The notes under the pieces: generated by a model
The model's input: only the letters and a program-made list of their open reading frames with translations
Database searches by the model: none
Told to the model about the DNA's origin: nothing
Program-made: the position numbers and the translations under genes
Shown: one piece after another, positions 58,314-64,000 of the stretch
Layout: each line of letters opens with the position of its first letter
Numbering within the stretch: the stretch's first letter is position 1
From: a virus
Direction: 5' to 3' (one strand)
Virus record (IMG/VR): IMGVR_UViG_3300017917_002116
Span: 51,421 to 115,420 of that record
Length of the DNA: 64,000 nucleotides

Positions 58314-58976
58314 ATGACAGATACTATTATAGCAAAAATACAAGTGCGTCGAGGAGAACTAGACGACTTGCCTATTTTAGACGAAGGCGAATTTGGTTAC
58401 GCCATGGATTATAACAGGTTGTTTATTGGAAATTCGCCTGTTACTTTCACAGCAGATGGTGTTACCACAAGATTTTCTTTGTACACAAGAAGCATACTAC
58501 CTGGACAATTAAAAGTTCTAGTAGACGATGTAGAACAAATGCCCGGCCAGGAATACAATATTCAAAATACAGACATTGTGTTTGCTGAGGCACCAACTGT
58601 AAATCAAATAATCAAGGTTAGTTACAACACAGAACTTGCTGTGGTTAATAATAGAATTCAACTGGACAACATATTTCTGTCTGACAACGCATATAACTAT
58701 GACACAGGCATAAGCTGGAATCTCGCTAATTTCAACAGTGCAAGCATCGACTATAGTTTTAGAAATACTAACAATGAGATGAATATAGGCACCATTAAGA
58801 TAATTACAGATGGCAATGTAGTCAGTGTTGTCGATAGTGGCGGTGGCATAGGCAACAGTCAAATCAGTTTTGATGGAAGAATAAGTGATGACAACAGACT
58901 CTATGTGACATACACTAATCCAACAAATTATCAAGCTAACTTTTTTTATACTATACAACTTTGGAACACGATCTAA
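58314..58976 (+). CDS. Virion structural protein (Mtd-N-like N-terminus)
   Basis: AKIQVRRG...LP.L.EGEFGYA.D..RLFIGN; late promoter. Confidence 0.7.
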   Translation: MTDTIIAKIQVRRGELDDLPILDEGEFGYAMDYNRLFIGNSPVTFTADGVTTRFSLYTRSILPGQLKVLVDDVEQMPGQEYNIQNTDIVFAEAPTVNQIIKVSYNTELAVVNNRIQLDNIFLSDNAYNYDTGISWNLANFNSASIDYSFRNTNNEMNIGTIKIITDGNVVSVVDSGGGIGNSQISFDGRISDDNRLYVTYTNPTNYQANFFYTIQLWNTI

Positions 58977-59416
58977 CTCATTGGTATGGAACGACCAGTG
59001 AAAAAATTCTAAGCTGGCGCGAATTAAGAAGGCAGTCTGCTCAACAGACATTTGAAGAAGCCATCAAGACTATAACGGATTGGTGGACTTATGCACCCTG
59101 GGTCAAAAAGACCATAGACCCATATAAACCAGAGACCTGGCCCACACCCTGGGACATGATTAATCTAGGTCACTTTTGCCGAAGCGCCTTGGCGTTAGGG
59201 CAAGCATACACAATATGGATGTTATTTCCTAACTCTGAATGTGAGCTCTGGTTGATTAATAATAAATCAGAACAGGACGTTCATCTTGTCGTTGTTATTG
59301 ATAAACAACTGGTATTAAACTATAATATGGGATACGTAGAACGTCTGGAAGACTTGGACTATGAGCTTTTAGCAGTAACAACAAAAAATGATCTAGATCA
59401 TATTAAGTTGTATTAA
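58961..59416 (+). CDS. Transglutaminase/cysteine-protease-like protein
   Basis: WPTPW...FC...ALG..YT, H.VVV.D..VLN pattern of BTLCP-like folds. Confidence 0.5.
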   Translation: MEHDLTHWYGTTSEKILSWRELRRQSAQQTFEEAIKTITDWWTYAPWVKKTIDPYKPETWPTPWDMINLGHFCRSALALGQAYTIWMLFPNSECELWLINNKSEQDVHLVVVIDKQLVLNYNMGYVERLEDLDYELLAVTTKNDLDHIKLY

Positions 59417-59452
59417 AATAATATATAGACACGGTTAAATAGAAACTACAAA

Positions 59453-61825
59453 ATGAAAAAAGGAAAAGAACATATGTCTACCACGGCCAAAACCATTAAT
59501 GTACTAAAGAGATCTGGTAATTACGAACCTCTAGCGGTAGAAAAATGGCAGGCACAGGTGGCAAAAGTATGCAGTGGTATTGCTGATGTAAGTCAGTCAA
59601 TGATTGAAATTAAGGCTCAGCCACATTTTTATGATGGTACTAGTACCAGAGAAATCGATGAGATTACACTTAGGGCCATTGTCGATCTGATCGACATTGA
59701 AGCTAATCCAGAAATAGGTAATATCAACTACCAATACGTAGCAGGCAAACAACGCCTAAGTATGTTGCGTAAAGACGTTTATGGTACCTACGATCCACCA
59801 CACCTATATGAGATCGTTAAGAAGAATGTGGGCGTGGGCCTGTATACTCCAGAACTTCTTGAATGGTATTCAGAAGAAGACTGGAACAAGATGAATGATC
59901 TATTGGATCATAGCAAAGATGAATTATATAGTTATGCAGCCATTGAACAACTGATTGAAAAATATTTGGTTCGCAATCGTAGCACTAAAGAAATCTATGA
60001 AACACCACAAGTGCGATACATAGTTGCCGCGGCCACCGTGTTCCATAAAGAAGAGCCCAATAGTGCTCGTATGCGTTATATAAAGGAATATTACAATGCA
60101 GCTTCAGACGGTCTATTTACTCTCGCTACTCCTGTTCTTGCTGGGCTTGGCACTCCCACTAAGCAGTTCAGTAGTTGTGTACTCATACGCAGTGATGATG
60201 ATCTTGACAGCATTTTTGCTAGTGGCGAAATGATGGCCAAGTATGCTAGCAAACGTGCTGGCATAGGTTTAGAAATTGGACGACTACGTCCTTTGGGCAG
60301 TCCCATTAGGGGCGGTGAAATAATGCACACAGGCATGATCCCATTCCTTAAAAAATGGTTTGGTGACCTGCGTAGTTGTAGCCAAGGAGGTATTCGCAAT
60401 GCGTCAGCTACTGTCTTTTATCCAATATGGCATCATCAATTTGACGACCTTATTGTACTCAAGAACAACCAGGGAACAGAAGAAACAAGAGTAAGACACA
60501 TGGACTACGGTGTAGTGCTGTCTGCTTTCTTCTTTCGCCGTTTTAAGAACAAAGAAAATATTACTTTCTTTGATCCCAATGAAGTACCAGATTTATACGA
60601 AGCATTTTATTCAAACACAGAAAAGTTTGAAGAACTTTATGTAAAATACGAAAAGACTCCGGGTCTACGTAAAAAGACCATGAGTGCTGAAGAAGTCTTC
60701 AAGAGTGGTATCTTAAAGGAGCGCACTGATACAGGTAGAATTTATCTTGTATTCATTGATAACGTCATGAACCAAGGTCCATTTGATCCTGAATACCACA
60801 CCATCTATCAGTCTAATTTATGTTGTGAGATTCTTTTACCTACTAAGCCTTTTAAGCGTCTTGATGATAGTGACGGCCGCATTGCCCTTTGCACCTTGGG
60901 CAGCATCAACTGGGGTGCGTTCCGTAATCCTGAAGACATGCGCCGCGCTTGCCGCATTCTACAGCGTAGCCTATGTAATATATTGGATTATCAAGACTTT
61001 CTAAGTATTCAATCTAAGTTAAGTAATGACGAAATTCAGCCACTGGGTATTGGTGTTACTAACCTTGCCTACTGGCATGCAAAGAAAGGATTAAAATATG
61101 GTGATGCAGATAGTCTTGCAGAAGTTAAGTCGTGGATGGAGCACCAGGCGTACTACCTTACAGAAGCCACAGTTGAACTTGCCAAAGAAAGAGGCAAGTG
61201 CAAAGACTCTGACAAAACTTGGTATGGACAAGGAATCTTTCCCTGGGAAAGACGAGCCAAAGGTGTAAATGAACTTGCCAACTTCAACCCAGAATTAGAC
61301 TGGGAACCATTACGTAAGGAGATGAAGCTTCATGGAGTTCGAAATGCAACGCTTATGGCCATTGCTCCTGTTGAATCTAGTTCTGTGGTTATTAACAGCA
61401 CGAATGGCATTGAAATGCCTATGTCGCTTATCAGCACTAAGGAAAGCAAGGCAGGATCTTTTACACAAGTTGTCCCAGAATATCACAAGCTAAAGAACAA
61501 ATATCAATTAATGTGGGATCAGAAAGATTGTGTGGGTTACATTAAGACTGCGGCGGTATTGGCAGCTTATGTTGATCAGAGTATCAGTACCAATACATTC
61601 TATAATCCAGCATACTTCCTGGATAGGAAAGTACCTACCACATTGATAGCAAAGAATTTAATGTTAGCACACCATTGGGGCATCAAGACCTTCTATTATA
61701 GTTTGATTAATAAGGCAGGTGCCAAGGCAGCTCAAGAAGAGCAACAGCCAGACAATGTTATAAGTTTGAATTTCAATCAACCGATGGAAATGGATGACGA
61801 AGACTGCGAAGCATGTAAATTATAA
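59453..61825 (+). CDS. nrdA: Ribonucleotide reductase class Ia alpha subunit
   Basis: ATP cone (VLKRSG..EP), QFSSC, SQGG.R, SNLCCEI, C-terminal CEACKL. Start may be 59474. Confidence 0.97.
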   Translation: MKKGKEHMSTTAKTINVLKRSGNYEPLAVEKWQAQVAKVCSGIADVSQSMIEIKAQPHFYDGTSTREIDEITLRAIVDLIDIEANPEIGNINYQYVAGKQRLSMLRKDVYGTYDPPHLYEIVKKNVGVGLYTPELLEWYSEEDWNKMNDLLDHSKDELYSYAAIEQLIEKYLVRNRSTKEIYETPQVRYIVAAATVFHKEEPNSARMRYIKEYYNAASDGLFTLATPVLAGLGTPTKQFSSCVLIRSDDDLDSIFASGEMMAKYASKRAGIGLEIGRLRPLGSPIRGGEIMHTGMIPFLKKWFGDLRSCSQGGIRNASATVFYPIWHHQFDDLIVLKNNQGTEETRVRHMDYGVVLSAFFFRRFKNKENITFFDPNEVPDLYEAFYSNTEKFEELYVKYEKTPGLRKKTMSAEEVFKSGILKERTDTGRIYLVFIDNVMNQGPFDPEYHTIYQSNLCCEILLPTKPFKRLDDSDGRIALCTLGSINWGAFRNPEDMRRACRILQRSLCNILDYQDFLSIQSKLSNDEIQPLGIGVTNLAYWHAKKGLKYGDADSLAEVKSWMEHQAYYLTEATVELAKERGKCKDSDKTWYGQGIFPWERRAKGVNELANFNPELDWEPLRKEMKLHGVRNATLMAIAPVESSSVVINSTNGIEMPMSLISTKESKAGSFTQVVPEYHKLKNKYQLMWDQKDCVGYIKTAAVLAAYVDQSISTNTFYNPAYFLDRKVPTTLIAKNLMLAHHWGIKTFYYSLINKAGAKAAQEEQQPDNVISLNFNQPMEMDDEDCEACKL

Positions 61826-61833
61826 GGTAACAA

Positions 61834-63039
61834 ATGAAAAAGAGAAATTACTCCAAAGAAGCAGTACAGCGTCTACAAGGAAGTTTACAAATAGAACATA
61901 CTCTTGCTAAAAGAGGTGCACATAAACTAAGAGAATTATTGACCAATGAGCCATTCATCAATACACTAGGTGCCTACAACGGACAGATGGCTGTACAACA
62001 TGCCAAGGCAGGATTAAAAGCAATTTATCTAAGTGGCTGGCAAGTTGCCGCCGCAAACAACACGGCACTACAAACATATCCAGATCAAAGTTTGTATCCA
62101 GTTAACAGTGTGCCACAGGTAGTTAGGGGTATCAATAATGCCTTCCGTCGTGCGGATCAAATTGATTACAGCGAAGGCAAAACTGATACAGATTATTTCT
62201 TGCCTATTGTTGCTGATGCAGAAGCAGGCTTTGGTGGCGCACTAAACGCATACGAGTTAATGATGGCCATGATTGAAGCTGGTGCTGCCGGCGTACATTT
62301 TGAAGATCAGTTGAGTAGTGAAAAGAAATGCGGACACCTGGGTGGTAAGGTTTTAATTCCTACTGGTCAAGCAATACGTAATTTAACTGCCGCACGATTA
62401 GCGGCTGATGTTGCGGGTATTGACACAGTTATCATGGCTCGCACTGACGCAGAAAGTGCAACATTAATCACCAGTGACCACGACCCATTAGACAAGGATT
62501 TTATTATCAATGAACGCACTGAAGAAGGCTTTTACAAATTCCGTAATGGCATCGAGGCATGTATTCGAAGAGGCCTTGCTTATGCCCCTTACGCTGATCT
62601 CCTTTGGTTCGAGACTAGCACACCTGATATCGCACAGGCTAAAAAGTTTGCCGATGCTATACATGCTGAGTTTCCGGATCAAATGCTTGCTTATAATTGT
62701 AGCCCTAGTTTTAATTGGCGTAAGTTTTTAAGTGAAGATGAATGTGAAACATTCCAACGCGAACTAGGTGAATTAGGTTACAAATTCCAGTTCATTACAC
62801 TAGCAGGCTTCCACTCAGTTAACCTTGCTACATTTGAACTAGCAGAAGCATATAGGGCACGTGGTATGGCAGGTTACAGTGAAATGCAACAACGCGAGTT
62901 TGCCGCACAAGAACGTGGCTTCACAACAGTTAAACATCAGCGTGAAGTGGGAGTTGGTTATTTTGATTTAATTAGTGAAGCAGTTGGTGCTACCAGTACA
63001 GTGGCTAACAAACACAGCACCGAGGCTGATCAATTCTAA
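61834..63039 (+). CDS. aceA: Isocitrate lyase
   Basis: [84 protein letters not shown]. Confidence 0.97.
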   Translation: MKKRNYSKEAVQRLQGSLQIEHTLAKRGAHKLRELLTNEPFINTLGAYNGQMAVQHAKAGLKAIYLSGWQVAAANNTALQTYPDQSLYPVNSVPQVVRGINNAFRRADQIDYSEGKTDTDYFLPIVADAEAGFGGALNAYELMMAMIEAGAAGVHFEDQLSSEKKCGHLGGKVLIPTGQAIRNLTAARLAADVAGIDTVIMARTDAESATLITSDHDPLDKDFIINERTEEGFYKFRNGIEACIRRGLAYAPYADLLWFETSTPDIAQAKKFADAIHAEFPDQMLAYNCSPSFNWRKFLSEDECETFQRELGELGYKFQFITLAGFHSVNLATFELAEAYRARGMAGYSEMQQREFAAQERGFTTVKHQREVGVGYFDLISEAVGATSTVANKHSTEADQF

Positions 63040-63647
63040 TGACTGACGAGGAGGCATACCGATTAAATCCGCGAGATAATATCTGGTATAATAAACTCTA
63101 TCTAGCAGAAAGATTAAATTATATAGCAGGGTATGGTCCGATCCCCTATGATGGTGAATTTGTTATTAAACCTACTATTAATTTAACTGGCTGCGGTATT
63201 GGTGCTAAGATTGGTTCTTTTAAAAGAAATGATCCAGTGCCGCCCGATTGTTTTTGGAGTGAAGCCTTTAAGGGTAGACATATTACTATAGATTATAGTA
63301 AAATTAACGGGCAATGGCAGCAGGGCCATACATTTGAAGGATTTCGAGACGACCCTGCTGATCTACTAAAATTCAGTTTGTGGCGTCGTGTTGATTATTC
63401 ATATCAATTACCTGGTGTTTTTAATGACATAAAAGCAGACAAATTAAATATAGAAATAATAGGCGATCGAATAATTGAAGTGCACTTAAGACATAATACA
63501 GATCCTATACAATATGATTGGTTTATTCCTATATGGTCAGACGATCAAGTATGCCCTGACGATTGCATAAGAATAGATGATCAAGAAGATCATCCAGGGA
63601 GATTGGGATTTTTTGTGAGAAAAGAATATGAGCAACAAACAATATAA
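63039..63647 (+). CDS. ATP-grasp-like protein
   Basis: FVIKP..NL.G.G.GA, FWSE...G.H..IDY, NIE.I...IIEVHLR. Confidence 0.6.
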   Translation: MTDEEAYRLNPRDNIWYNKLYLAERLNYIAGYGPIPYDGEFVIKPTINLTGCGIGAKIGSFKRNDPVPPDCFWSEAFKGRHITIDYSKINGQWQQGHTFEGFRDDPADLLKFSLWRRVDYSYQLPGVFNDIKADKLNIEIIGDRIIEVHLRHNTDPIQYDWFIPIWSDDQVCPDDCIRIDDQEDHPGRLGFFVRKEYEQQTI

Positions 63648-64000
63648 TTTAAACACCAAGACAGACTATCTTCATCGTAAGATGTTCCTAGATCCTCAAG
63701 GTCCAGTTACTATTCAACGATTTGAAGAAGTCAAGTATAACAAGATTGCTGACTTTGAAAAGACAGCCCGCGGTTTCTTTTGGGTACCGGAGGAAATTAG
63801 TTTAACCAAAGATGCACAAGACTTTAAGGATGCCAGTGACGCAGTCAAGCATATCTTCACCAGTAACTTGTTGCGTCAAACTGCTCTTGACAGTCTGCAA
63901 GGTCGCGGCCCAAGTCAAATCTTTACTCCGGTGATCAGCTTACCCGAACTTGAAGCACTAGTGTACAACTGGACATTCTTTGAGACTAACATTCATAGTC
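63628..64000 (+). CDS. nrdB: Ribonucleotide reductase beta subunit (partial, runs off the window)
   Basis: MSNKQYNL...MFLDP...IQRFEEVKY...GFFWVPEEISL.KD...FTSNLLRQTALDSLQGR.P...WTFFETNIHS. Confidence 0.95.
   Translation, partial: MSNKQYNLNTKTDYLHRKMFLDPQGPVTIQRFEEVKYNKIADFEKTARGFFWVPEEISLTKDAQDFKDASDAVKHIFTSNLLRQTALDSLQGRGPSQIFTPVISLPELEALVYNWTFFETNIHS

Noticed and set aside
59453-64000. Introns, inteins or homing endonucleases in nrdA/nrdB (also checked terminase, helicase, uvsX)
   Set aside because: Proteins are normal length and uninterrupted; the insert between nrdA and nrdB is metabolic, not a nuclease.
1-64000. tRNA/rRNA genes, integrase or transposase
   Set aside because: None recognised by eye; intergenic spaces are short and explained by promoters and hairpins. 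tRNAscan-SE would confirm.

Overview
This is a 64 kb segment of a large T4-like (myovirus) bacteriophage genome. The host is most likely a Gram-negative proteobacterium, inferred from a lipoprotein signal, a Tat signal, an outer-membrane beta-signal and proteobacterial-type NrdA/AceA. In order, the window holds: a tail-fibre/adhesin cluster (1-13 kb); a glycosyltransferase, NUDIX and neck genes gp15/gp14 on the minus strand; an early-gene island (17.4-21.2 kb) ending in an alginate-lyase-like lipoprotein; gp13, nucleotidase, dNMP kinase, tail sheath/tube, gp4 and terminase; gp32, uvsX and uvsY; a second early island (AAA ATPase plus secreted subtilisin/beta-barrel protein); uvsW, a gp62-like protein, a 187-aa mini DnaE, primase and helicase; a block of unknown late (probably head-internal) proteins; an exonuclease; and nrdA-[aceA + ATP-grasp]-nrdB. 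Two promoter classes are visible: sigma70-like T(T/A)GAC-N17-TATACT and T4-late-like (G/T)(A)TAAATA. The most interesting signals are a palm-only miniature C-family polymerase, isocitrate lyase inserted in the RNR operon, a Tat signal behind a capsid-targeting-like leader, two early envelope-targeted hydrolases, widespread apparently leaderless transcripts and T4-style RBS-occluding hairpins. All calls come from manual motif recognition; no searches were run.
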